Made by a program: the position numbers and the translations under genes
From: Pirellulales bacterium
Lineage (GTDB): Bacteria; Planctomycetota; Planctomycetia; Pirellulales; UBA1268
Length of the DNA: 61,450 nucleotides
Assembly: GCA_040397685.1 (NCBI GenBank)
Contig: JBBAVM010000001.1
Span: 64,432 to 125,881 of the forward strand
Direction of reading: 5' to 3'
The notes under the pieces: model-generated
Databases searched by the model: none
Seen by the model: only the letters and a program-made list of their open reading frames with translations
Told to the model about the DNA's origin: nothing
Shown: one piece after another, positions 22,417-32,400 of the stretch
How the letters are laid out: each line of letters starts with the position of its first letter
How positions within the stretch are numbered: the first letter of the stretch is position 1

Positions 22417-23889
22417 TCAAACCCGCGGCAATTCGAAGCCCCGCCGATACTCGCGGCCGAAGAGGCGATTGGCCTCGGCGTCGGTCGCCCGCTCGGTCTT
22501 CGGATCGATCGTCAGTTCGCGGCCGAGGGCGATTTTGGTGACGTCGTAGTCGATCGGATGCTCGGCCAGATAGCTCTCGAAGCTCTCCCAGGTGGCGGCG
22601 ACATGCGGATCGCCCGCGGCCAGGGCGGGCCGGGTGCCGGGACGCGCGGTCTCGCCGAGAGCCCATGACACGTTGCCCAGGTGGGCCAGGGCGCTCGACA
22701 GGTGGCCGTCCTCGATATCGAGGTGCAGGTCGGCGTGGTTGCGGCTCTTCACGGCGGCCGCGAAGTTGGCGAAGTGGTCGCGGTAGTGGCCGCCGGACCA
22801 GGCACCCAGCGGCGTGCCGTCATAGGTGAACGCAGCGCCCGAGGTGTAGCTCGGTCCGACGGCGAAACCCTCGGAGCCGTACCAGACGTTGCACGCCCCG
22901 GAGAACGGCTTCGGCCCCTTGAGCCCGTAGGTCACGGGCGTCTTGATCGGCAGGCCGCGGACGTCGGAGATGAGCAGGGCGTCGTCCCACTGGAAGATCG
23001 TGACCTGGCAGTTGGCGACGTCGCCGTTGTCGACGTAGCCGAGACGGCCGCCGAGGCTCACCACCCGCCGCGGCAACTCCTGCTTGCCGAGCCCCCACCG
23101 TGCCTTGTCGAGTTCATGGGGATTCTGGTTGCCGAGGTCGCCGTTGCCGGTGAAGTGATTCCAGTGCCAGTCGTAGTGGAGCCGCTTCCGCTTCGGCACG
23201 TCGGCCGCGACGGGGCCCGCCCAGAGGTCGAAGTCGAGTCCGGGGGGGATCGGGGCGGGGGCGTCGGCCAGGCCGATACTGTCGCGCTGCCGGTAGCAGA
23301 TGGCCCGCGCGGCCTTCACGTCCCCGATCTTGCCGCTCTTGATGAAGTCGATGGTCTGCCGCATGCCGCTCATGCTGCGGCTCTGGACGCCCATCTGGCA
23401 CATCCGGCCGAGCTTGCGGGCCCACTGCGTGATCACGCGGCCTTCCTCGACGTTGTGGCTGCACGGCTTTTCCACATACACGTCCTTGCCCGACTGCATC
23501 GCCCAGACGGCCATCAGGGCGTGCCAGTGGTTGGGCGTGGCGATCGTGACGGCGTCGATGTCGCGGCGGTCGAGCAGCCGGCGGACGTCCTGCACGTATT
23601 CCGGCGGCCGCAACTCGTTTTTGAACCGCTGCTCGCAGAGTCGGACATAGGCGCCCGGATCACAATCACAAATCGCGACGAGGTCGATGTCGGCGACCTT
23701 CTTCAACTCCTCGACATGCATCCGGCCCTGGCCGTTGACGCCGATCACCGCCATGCGGACCTTGTCGTTCGCACCGCGGGCCGCGCGAGGCTGCGGCTCG
23801 GCAGCGGCTGGCGTTGCCGGCAGGCCGGCGAGGGCGACGCCGGTCGCCGCCAGCGCGTGCTCGAGAAAATCACGTCGAGAAGGATTCAT
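22417..23889 (-). CDS. Gfo/Idh/MocA family oxidoreductase with Tat signal
   Basis: Motifs: MNPSRRDFLEHALAATGVALAG (twin-Arg), VRMAVIGVNGQGRMH Rossmann, EKP motif (VYVEKPCSH). Confidence 0.85.
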   Translation of the reverse strand: MNPSRRDFLEHALAATGVALAGLPATPAAAEPQPRAARGANDKVRMAVIGVNGQGRMHVEELKKVADIDLVAICDCDPGAYVRLCEQRFKNELRPPEYVQDVRRLLDRRDIDAVTIATPNHWHALMAVWAMQSGKDVYVEKPCSHNVEEGRVITQWARKLGRMCQMGVQSRSMSGMRQTIDFIKSGKIGDVKAARAICYRQRDSIGLADAPAPIPPGLDFDLWAGPVAADVPKRKRLHYDWHWNHFTGNGDLGNQNPHELDKARWGLGKQELPRRVVSLGGRLGYVDNGDVANCQVTIFQWDDALLISDVRGLPIKTPVTYGLKGPKPFSGACNVWYGSEGFAVGPSYTSGAAFTYDGTPLGAWSGGHYRDHFANFAAAVKSRNHADLHLDIEDGHLSSALAHLGNVSWALGETARPGTRPALAAGDPHVAATWESFESYLAEHPIDYDVTKIALGRELTIDPKTERATDAEANRLFGREYRRGFELPRV

Positions 23890-23952
23890 GACGCAAAGGC
23901 TCCGGAGATGCCGGGGAGGGAGGTTTTCGAACGGAACGCCACCCCGGAATGA

Positions 23953-24561
23953 TTATGCACGATCGTCCACCGGTAAAGCACTCAACGGGTGGGGGGGGAC
24001 GACCGCGCAGCAGGACCCCGTGGTGCCGCCGGCCTGGTTCCAGGGCATCTTCGCGATCAGCATCGCCATCCCGCAGGTGTCGGTGACCCCGGCGAACACC
24101 AGGCCGCAGCCGATGAATCCGGCGAGGCCGATGCCGATCCGCTGCCACGTGGGGTCGGGGCCGAAGGCGGCGAGGGCCGCGCCCGCGGCCACGAGAGCGC
24201 CGGCAGCGATCCGCACCTGCCGCTCGAGCGACATCACCTTCCGACCGCGCACGACAGGCACACCCGCGGCCTCGCAGGCGGCTGTGCCCCCTTCGACGCT
24301 GACGACGTCGTTCATCCCTGCGGCGAGGAGCTTTTCGCAGGCTTTCGCGCTGCGGCCGCCCGACTTGCACACGAAATACACGGGGCCGCTGCCCGCGATC
24401 CGGGCGACCTCCTGCGGGTCGAGGCGGTCGAGCGGGATGTTGTGGGCGAAGTCCACGTGCACCTCGCCGAATTCGGCGGGGGTGCGGACGTCGATCAGGG
24501 TCACGTTCTCGCCCTTGCGGCAGAGGTCGGCGAGCGTCGTCGGGGAAATCGTGGCGACCAT
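23953..24561 (-). CDS. Rhodanese-domain protein fused to a DUF2892/YgaP-like membrane domain
   Basis: Start MVATISPTTL at 24561. Rhodanese active-site loop CKSGGRS. C-terminal hydrophobic hairpin GCGLVFAGVTDTCGMA. Confidence 0.75.
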   Translation of the reverse strand: MVATISPTTLADLCRKGENVTLIDVRTPAEFGEVHVDFAHNIPLDRLDPQEVARIAGSGPVYFVCKSGGRSAKACEKLLAAGMNDVVSVEGGTAACEAAGVPVVRGRKVMSLERQVRIAAGALVAAGAALAAFGPDPTWQRIGIGLAGFIGCGLVFAGVTDTCGMAMLIAKMPWNQAGGTTGSCCAVVPPHPLSALPVDDRA

Positions 24562-24859
24562 GGCGAGGTTCTCCTCGGGGGTCCGCCCGGGGGAGCGGCT
24601 ATGACACACTCCCGGGCATCGAACATTGAACGGGTTGATCCGACGACTTATAATGTAGCTTGGAAGGTCGGAAGTATCCTGGCTTTGAATCGGCTCGGCC
24701 CTCGCGGTCGGCCGTACCAACCTCGCGAAAGCACAAGGTGGTGACCCTCCCTGGCGACAGGGCGGGAGGATACGCGTCGGGCGCGTGCCCCGGCGAAGCT
24801 TTCGAGGCGGTTTCCCTCTCGAAGGCACCTTCCTTTCCTGAAACGGAAAGGGGTGCGAG

Positions 24860-25126
24860 ATGCCGGTGGGATTTCCTTCGCTTCGCGTCGATCACGCGAA
24901 CGAGCTTCACCATCTGTGGAACAACAACGGCACGTGGTGGGTGCACTACACGGTGCACTTCGACCACCGCAAGCGGCGCGTCCGCCGGTCGCTCGGCACG
25001 CGGTCGCTCGCCGACGCGAAGGCCCGCCGCGACGCACTCCTGCTCAAGATCGCCGGGGAGGGGGAGTACGTGCCGGAGCGGGGGAGCCACGATCCGGCCG
25101 CGTGCGACCGGCGGCTGCTCGTGTGA
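24860..25126 (+). CDS. Orphan small protein resembling the N-terminal arm-binding region of tyrosine integrases
   Basis: HLWNNNGTWWVHYTVHFDHRKRRVRRSLGTRSLADAKARRDALL resembles the W.Y....G.R.R.SLGT.....A opening of phage-type integrases. No catalytic domain follows. Confidence 0.4.
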   Translation: MPVGFPSLRVDHANELHHLWNNNGTWWVHYTVHFDHRKRRVRRSLGTRSLADAKARRDALLLKIAGEGEYVPERGSHDPAACDRRLLV

Positions 25127-25190
25127 TCCGTCTTTTCCATGCAGCCTCCGGCGGAAGCAGGGGGATTCCACGGCGGCGCCGACGCCGACT

Positions 25191-26195
25191 TCAGCCCGGC
25201 ACCGTTGGCGCCGGCAGCGGGTGCTTGCGCATCTTGTTGCCGGCGGCGTCGGTGATCGTGCCGCCGTAGCAGAGGCAGATTTTCACCGGGACCGTGAGCA
25301 GGCCCGTGCCGGCATCGGCTTCGCTGAAGCGATAGGCATAGGTCAGCCGCGTCGTGCCGCTCCCCTCACGGTAGCGGGCGAGCAGTTCGCGCCCTCGAAA
25401 CGTGAACGTGAGGGCCGGGAGCGTGCCATTCAGCATGCGCACGTGCATCGGCTGGGCGAACTCCACCGTCCACGACACCTCTGCGCCGGCGACTGCCTCG
25501 TAGGCACCCGCCCGCGGTCCCTCGAGCCCCCGCGCCGTGTCGGACGAGGTGTCGAACGTGAAGCTGATGGCGACGGGCGCCGAAGCGTTGCCGGCCGCAT
25601 CCACCTGCCGCACCCACCACATGTTGGCTCCGACCTGCGGTCGGTAAGCGCCCCACGCGGCGGTGCGGGGATCGAAGCCGCCGGTGTCGCGGCTGAATTG
25701 CACCCGCGCCCCGCGCTCCTGCCCGCGCACGGCGAGCGCTGCGATCGCGGTGATCGAGTCGGTCGAGGAGACCCCGGTGTCCTGCACGAGCGACACCGTC
25801 ACGGGGGCCGCTGTGCGGTCGAGCGTGATCGTGAGTAGCCCGGCCGGCGGTGACGATCCTCCGGCGGCATCGACGATCCGTGCGCCGACGCGATACACGC
25901 CATCGGCATCCATCCCGACCGGCACGAATCGGCGACCGTCGATCAGTGTCGCCGTCTGTGCCGGGCCGCCGTTCACGGTGTATTCGACGCGCTCGCCCGG
26001 GGCGACGCTGCGATTGACCGCGATCGTCGGATCCGCCGTGATCCGATCGGTGCGGCTGGCTCCCGTGTCGTTCGCCAGTCCGATCGCGACGGCGCAGACC
26101 TGCCGCGGCTCCATCCGCTCGACCGCCAGCTGCATCGATGCGGGTCGGGGTGGGGCGGGAACGGGCCGGCGTGAGCGACGCTGCGGGCGGTGCAT
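25191..26195 (-). CDS. Secreted Ig-like-domain repeat protein
   Basis: N-terminus MHRPQRRSRR..MQLAVERMEPRQV. Repeated DTG.S.TD.IT motifs (bacterial Ig-like repeats). Confidence 0.6.
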   Translation of the reverse strand: MHRPQRRSRRPVPAPPRPASMQLAVERMEPRQVCAVAIGLANDTGASRTDRITADPTIAVNRSVAPGERVEYTVNGGPAQTATLIDGRRFVPVGMDADGVYRVGARIVDAAGGSSPPAGLLTITLDRTAAPVTVSLVQDTGVSSTDSITAIAALAVRGQERGARVQFSRDTGGFDPRTAAWGAYRPQVGANMWWVRQVDAAGNASAPVAISFTFDTSSDTARGLEGPRAGAYEAVAGAEVSWTVEFAQPMHVRMLNGTLPALTFTFRGRELLARYREGSGTTRLTYAYRFSEADAGTGLLTVPVKICLCYGGTITDAAGNKMRKHPLPAPTVPG

Positions 26196-26417
26196 GGGGC
26201 CATCGTCTCCAGACGGTGCAACAACCTCCCGGGAAAAATCGGCCATGGGCCCCAGGCGGCATTCCCCAGGCCCACGCCCCGCCTCACAGTTGCCGCAGAC
26301 TCCCCGTTCTCAAGAGGGGGCGAGGGGCCGTCGATCAAGACCGGTCGTACCAGTGCCACGCGGGGCGGCAACACGCCTCTGGACAAACACTGAACGCCTG
26401 AACAGAATTTTTCCCCC

Positions 26418-29400
26418 ATGAGCCCGTCACGGAAGACCGCCGCCGCACCTGCCGCCGCACCCGGATGGCACGCGCTCGAGGTGCCGGTGCCGGTGGCGAG
26501 CCGGCTCGTGCGCTCTCGTGGCGGCCTGCCCGGCAGGGCGGCTCCGCAGGCCAACCGGCTCCTCGAGTCGCTTGCCGCCGCGCTTCCAGACATCGCCCTT
26601 GAACGGGCAACTGAAACAGTCGCCGACCCTGCCTGGCTCATCGCGCCCTCGCGCCGCATCGGGCACCAGTGGCTCGAAACGCTCGTCCGGCTCGGCCACG
26701 GCATCGCCAACGTGCACGTCACCACCGTCTCGGCCCTCGCCTTCGACATTGTGGCCGACGCCCTCGCCGCCACCGGCACCACCCTCGCTCCCCCGCGGGC
26801 GAAACTCGTGGCGGTCGAGCGGGTGCTCGACGAGAGCCGCCCCGACCTCCGCTCGTTCGCAGGTGCCGAAGGATCGCTCCGACGCCTCGCGGAACGTGTG
26901 CTCTCGAGCCTCGAATCGCTGCGGGCGGCCGGCCTCGCTCCACGCGACGTCGCCCGCAGCCTGGGCCGGTCCGACAAGGCCCACGACCTCGGCCTGTTGC
27001 TCGAACGCTACACCGCCGCCCTCCGCGCGATGAACCTCACCGACCAGGCCGGCGAAATCGCCCTCGCGATCGCGGAGGTGGAGGCCGGCCGGGTGCCCTC
27101 GGCGCTCGCCCTCCTGCTCGTGCCTGACGACATCGATCTGCCACCGCTCGAACGCCGGCTCCTCGACACGCTCGCAAAAGCCCCGGGCGTGCGCATGCGG
27201 TCGCTCGCCACCGATCCGCCGCTCCCCGCGGCTTTCGCGCCGATCGACACGCCCCCCATCTCGATCTTCCGCGCGGCCGGCGAGGCCAACGAGGTCCGCC
27301 ACCTGCTTCGCACTTGCCTCGCCCGCGGCCTCACGTTCGACGAAATCGAGATCGTGCACACCGACGCGGCCACATATCCGGCGCTCGTGCGCGAGATCGT
27401 GGCCGCGCTGCCGCAGCCGACCGACGACGCGGGCCGTGAGCACCATGTGCCCGTGACGTTCGCCGAGGGGCTGCCGCTCGTCGATTCCAAGCCCGGCCGC
27501 GCGCTCGCCGGCTGGCTCGCATGGCGGCGCACCGGCCATCCGCAGGCGGGGCTCGAGCGGCTTCTGCGCGACGGCGTGCTCGACCTCCGCGGCTTGGCCG
27601 CCGACGCGTTGCCGGCTCCGGCACTCGTGCGCGAGTTTCGGGGCGTAAAGATCGGCCGCGGCCTCGACCGCACCGTGTCGATGCTCGCAAACGCCGCCGC
27701 CCGCGCCGCCGAACAGCCCGCCGCCGCCTTCGCCCGCCACGACGACGACGAGGGTCCGCGTGAGGCGACGTCGCCCGAAGACCTCGCCTCCCGCAAGGCA
27801 CGGATCAGCGGTCGGCTCGACGCGCTCGCCGGCCTCGCGCGATGGCTCGCCGACTGCGAAGGCGGGCCAAACCCCTCCGCCAGTTCGGTCCTCGCCGGCG
27901 CCCGCCGGTTCGTCGAAACCCTCTGCCCGGCCGACAGCGAATTCGACGGCAACGCCCGCCGCCTCCTCCTCGACGAGATCGACGCGATGCTCCAGTGGCA
28001 GGGCGACCACGCCGGCACGACTCCCCGCGAGATGCTCGACTGGCTCGAGCAGTTGCCTGCCGAGCTCGTCGTGCTCGGGTCCGGCCCGCGGCCCGGCTGC
28101 CTGCACGTGAGCGGTCTGGCCGGGGGTGGCCATGCGGGCCGGCCCTACACGTTTGTCCTCGGCCTCGATGAAAACCGGTTTCCCGGCGGTGGCGCGGCTG
28201 ATCCCCTGCTCACCGACGGCGATCGCATCCTCATCAATCATCAACACCCCGAGGCTCGGCTGGCCGTCGCGCGCGATGCCGCCACCCGCAACCTCGACCT
28301 CTGGCGGCGGCTGCTCGCGCGGCTCCGCGGGGAGGTATGGCTCGGGTTCTCGTGCCGCGATACGACCGATGACGCCGAGGTGTTTCCCTCGCCGGCGCTC
28401 GTGGCGCTCCACGCGCGGCTCACCGGCAATCCGCTCGCCACCGTGGCCGATCTCCTCGCCACGCTCGCGCCCCCCGAGACGCTCGTCCCGGACAATCCCG
28501 ATCTCGCGCTCGACGAATCGCAATGGTGGCTCGCCACGCTATCCCCCGACGCCACCGGCGCCGACGTCGCAGCCGCGCTCGCCGCCCATCGCGGCCACCT
28601 CGCCCACGGCCAAGCCGCGGTCGCGGCGCGGGCCTCGCGCGAGTTCACGCCGTACGACGGCCTCGTGCCCGCGGCCGGCCCGCAGCTCGACCCGCGCGCC
28701 GGCCGGGCCGCGTCTCCCAACAGCCTCGAAATGATCGGCGCCTGCCCGCGGCGGTTTTTCTTCCGCTACGGTCTCGGCATCGAGCCGCTCGAGGAGTTCG
28801 ACGACGATGCCGACCGCTGGCTCACGCCGCTCGACGCCGGCAGCCTGCTTCATACCGTGCTTGAGCGGTTCATGCGCGACCTCATCGACAGCGGCGAGGC
28901 GCCGGAGGTGGCCAGGCATCTCGACGGCCTCCTCGCGATCCTCGACGCGGAACTCGACGCGAGCCGCCAGCGTCAGCCGCCGCTCACGATGCTCGCATTC
29001 GAGGCCCGGCGCGACGAACTGCGTTCGGCGATGCTCACGTTTCTTCACGACGAGGAGCGGTCGTGCCGTGAGTCGGGCCGGCGCCCGCTCGCGCTCGAGG
29101 CGGCGATCGGTATCGAGCCGGCCGGAGCGGCCACGCCGTTCGACTGTGCCGAGCCCGTCGCGGTGCTGCTCGCGCCGGGAGAAACCCTCCGGCTCCGGGG
29201 GCGGATCGACCGGATCGACGTCCGCTCCGGCACCGGCGCGCCCGCGTACACGCTCTGGGACTACAAGAGCGGCAGCGGCTACGGATTTCCCGCGGTGTCA
29301 GACGCCGACCCGTTCGCCGGTGGCCGCAAACTCCAGCACGGGCTGTACGTGGTGATGCTCCGCACGCGGCTTGCCGACCCTTCGTGCCCGATCGCGGGCG

Positions 29401-32400
29401 GCGAGGTCGAACGCTTCGGCTATTTCTTTCCGACCCGCGCCGGCAAGGGCCGGCGGCTGGAATGGACGGCCGCCCAGCTCGACGACTGCACCCGGCTCGT
29501 GCGGCAGCTCGCCGAGATCGCCCGGCAGGGCATGTTTCTGCCGACGAGCGATGCCGCCGACTGCGGCCACTGCGACTTCGCGCCGGTCTGCGGCGATCCG
29601 GCGAAGGTCGCCCGCGACGCCGCGCGGATGGTCGCCGCCTCGGATGCGTTGCGGAATCTGTTCGGCGTCTTGCGCCGCGACCGCCAGCCGCGTCCCGAGC
29701 TCGAGATCCGCCGCCCCCACGAGGCGTCGCTCGACCTCACGCCCCATCCGCCCGCGCCCGTCCCACCGCCCGACGAACCCGTGCGGGAACGGATCCGCAC
29801 CGACCTCGCCACGACGCTCCTGGTGGAGGCCGCGGCGGGCACCGGCAAGACCACGTGCATCGTCGCCAGGATGCTCGCGCTGGTGCGCACCGGCACCGCA
29901 CGGCCCGAGGGGATCGTCGCCGTCACCTTCACGAAGAAGGCCGCAGCCGAACTCCGGCGGCGGTTTCGCGAGCGGCTCCAGCGGGCCACGAGTGAGGCGA
30001 CCGATCCGGCCGAGCAGGTGCGACTGGCGGCCGCACTCGAACGGATCGACTCGATGGTGATCGGCACCATCCACTCGTTCGCCGGCCGCCTGCTCCGCGA
30101 ACGGCCGCTCGAGGCGGGAATCGACCCCGGGTTCCGCGAACTCGACGAGGCGTCCGACCGGATGCTGCGCCGCCAGGCCTGGCGCGACTTCGTGACGAGC
30201 GCACCGACCGACCATCCGCAGTTGCTCGCCGATCTGGCCGCCGTCGGACTGCGGCTCGGCGACCTCTCGCAGCTGTTCATCGATCGCTTCGCCACCTATG
30301 GCGACGTCGAGGACTGGCCTGCCCCCGCCGCCGACCTGCCGGATACCGTTGCCGTGCTCCGCGCGGTCGAGGCGTTCGTGACGCGGATCGAGGCCGAGGC
30401 GTTTCCGGAGCCGGCGGACCGCGGCACCGACGACCTCATGAACGCGCTCGAGCAGTTCGCGCGCATGGTGCGCCGCTGCGACACATCGTCGGTCGCCGCC
30501 GTGATGGACACGATCCAGGAGCTCGATCGCTCCCCCAAGCCCACGCAGAAATACTGGCCCGGCACGGGCGACACCGATGCGGCACGGAAAGCCGCGCAGA
30601 AAGACGCAGCCCTCGGCTGGCAAGCCGCTTGGGAACAGTTGCGCGACACGGTCGCGCTCCCCGCCCTCTGGCAGTGGCGGGCGCATCGCTATCCGACCGC
30701 CATCGCGGCCCTGAAGGCGGCGCTGGCCGTCTACGATCGCCTGCGGGCGGAGCGGGGGGTGCTGTCGTTTCAGGATCTCCTCTGCAAAGCGGCCCGGCTC
30801 GTCGCCGGCGATGCCGACGTGCGGCGGAGCTTCCGCAGCCGCTACACGCACCTACTCGTGGACGAGTTTCAGGACACCGACCCGGTGCAGGCCGAGATGC
30901 TTCTCCTGCTCACCGCCGACGACCCGCGCGAGACCGACTGGCGGAAGTGCGTGCCGGTGCCCGGGTCGCTCTTCGTGGTCGGCGATCCCAAGCAGTCGCT
31001 CTACCGATTTCGGCGGGCCGACATCGTCACCTATTCGGCGGTCCGCGATGTGATCGCGGCCCACGGCGATGTCGTCGCCTTGACCACGAATTTTCGCAGC
31101 CGCGGCGATCTCGTCACTTGGACCAACGACGTGTTCTCCCAGGAGTTTCCGCCCCAGCCCACCGTGGAGTCGCCCTCGTTCACGCCAAGCACGTCGGGCC
31201 GGCGCGAGGCCCCGGTGGATGGCAACGAACGGGGCTGGCTCACGGGGCTCCGCACGCTGCGGCTCGTCCGCAGCGGCACCGGCGGTGACGCGTGGGCGGA
31301 GCGCGAGGCCCGCGAGATCGCGGGGTTCATCAAGAACGCGGTCGATGCCCGGATCGCGGTGCCCCGCACCGTCGAAGAAGCGGCCGCGGGCGCGACGACG
31401 GCCTGCCGGCCGGGCGATTTCCTCATCGTGGCCCGCGAGCGGAAGCACCTCGGCATCTACGCAGCCGCCTGCCATGCGGCGGGGCTGCCCGTCGATGTGA
31501 CCGGCACGCTCGGCGAAGATCAGGCCGAGCCGCTCCGCGGCCTGCGCACCTGCCTCGCGGCGCTTGCCGATCCCGACGATCCGGTGGCGATGCTCGCGCT
31601 GTTGCGGGGCGCGGTGTTCGGATTCAGCGATGCCGATCTCTTCGCCTACAAATCGGCCGGTGGAAGGTTTGGGGGCCCGATCGACGTGCCGCAGAAGCTC
31701 GACCCGGCGCTGGCCGAGCGTTTCTCCGGCACCCGCACGGCATTCGCCCGCTGGCGCGGGTGGCTCAAGCACCTGCCCGTGGCGGCCACCGTGGAGCGGG
31801 TGATCGACGACGCGGGGCTATTGCTCGTCGCCGCCGCCGCCGACGGTGAGGCCGGGCCGCGCGGCAGGGCGGTGGCGGGCCTCCTTCTCAAGTATGTCGA
31901 GCGGTTGCGGAGCGACCGGCTGGAAGTGGTGTCGCTCCACGATTGTCTCGACCTGCTCGATGACATGCTCGACACGTCCGCGCGTGCCGAGTTCGACCCG
32001 CTCACGATCGACGTGCCGTCGGCCGACCGCGTGCGGATCATGAACCTCCACAAGGCGAAGGGGCTCGAGGCCCCGGTCGTGTTCCTCGCCGATTTCCAGC
32101 GGCGTGAGCCCGGGGACGACGCGGAGGACGGCCCCTACCTGCACGTCGATCGCTCCGCACACCGCACCACCGGCTGGCTCGCCGTCACGCATCCCGTCGG
32201 CCGGGCGACGAAGATCGTGGCGGCGCCCCCGGGCTGGGCCGACCTGTGTCGCCGCGAACGGGCGTTCGAGGCGGCCGAGCGAATCCGCCTCGACTACGTG
32301 GCCGCCACGCGGGCCGGCGCCTGCATGGTCGTGTCGCTCTTCGAGAAGCACGAGAAGGCGACGAAGACGAAGCCCGAGTCGTTCGCGGCCGACGGCGCCT

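Noticed and set aside
24562-24859. Gene-free 300 nt next to the integrase-arm-like ORF, examined as a possible tRNA/tmRNA/SRP-type RNA integration target
   Set aside because: I found no GTTCGAATC-type T-loop, no acceptor/CCA-like end, and no SRP GGAAGCAGC-type motif. Only generic GC hairpins are present. It may just be the 5' UTRs of the two divergent genes.
26427-28523. 698-aa minus-strand ORF, plus several other 150-500-aa ORFs inside 26.4-33.1 kb
   Set aside because: They are antisense or out of frame relative to the AddB-AddA frame, which carries all helicase and nuclease motifs. Their composition is shadow-ORF-like.
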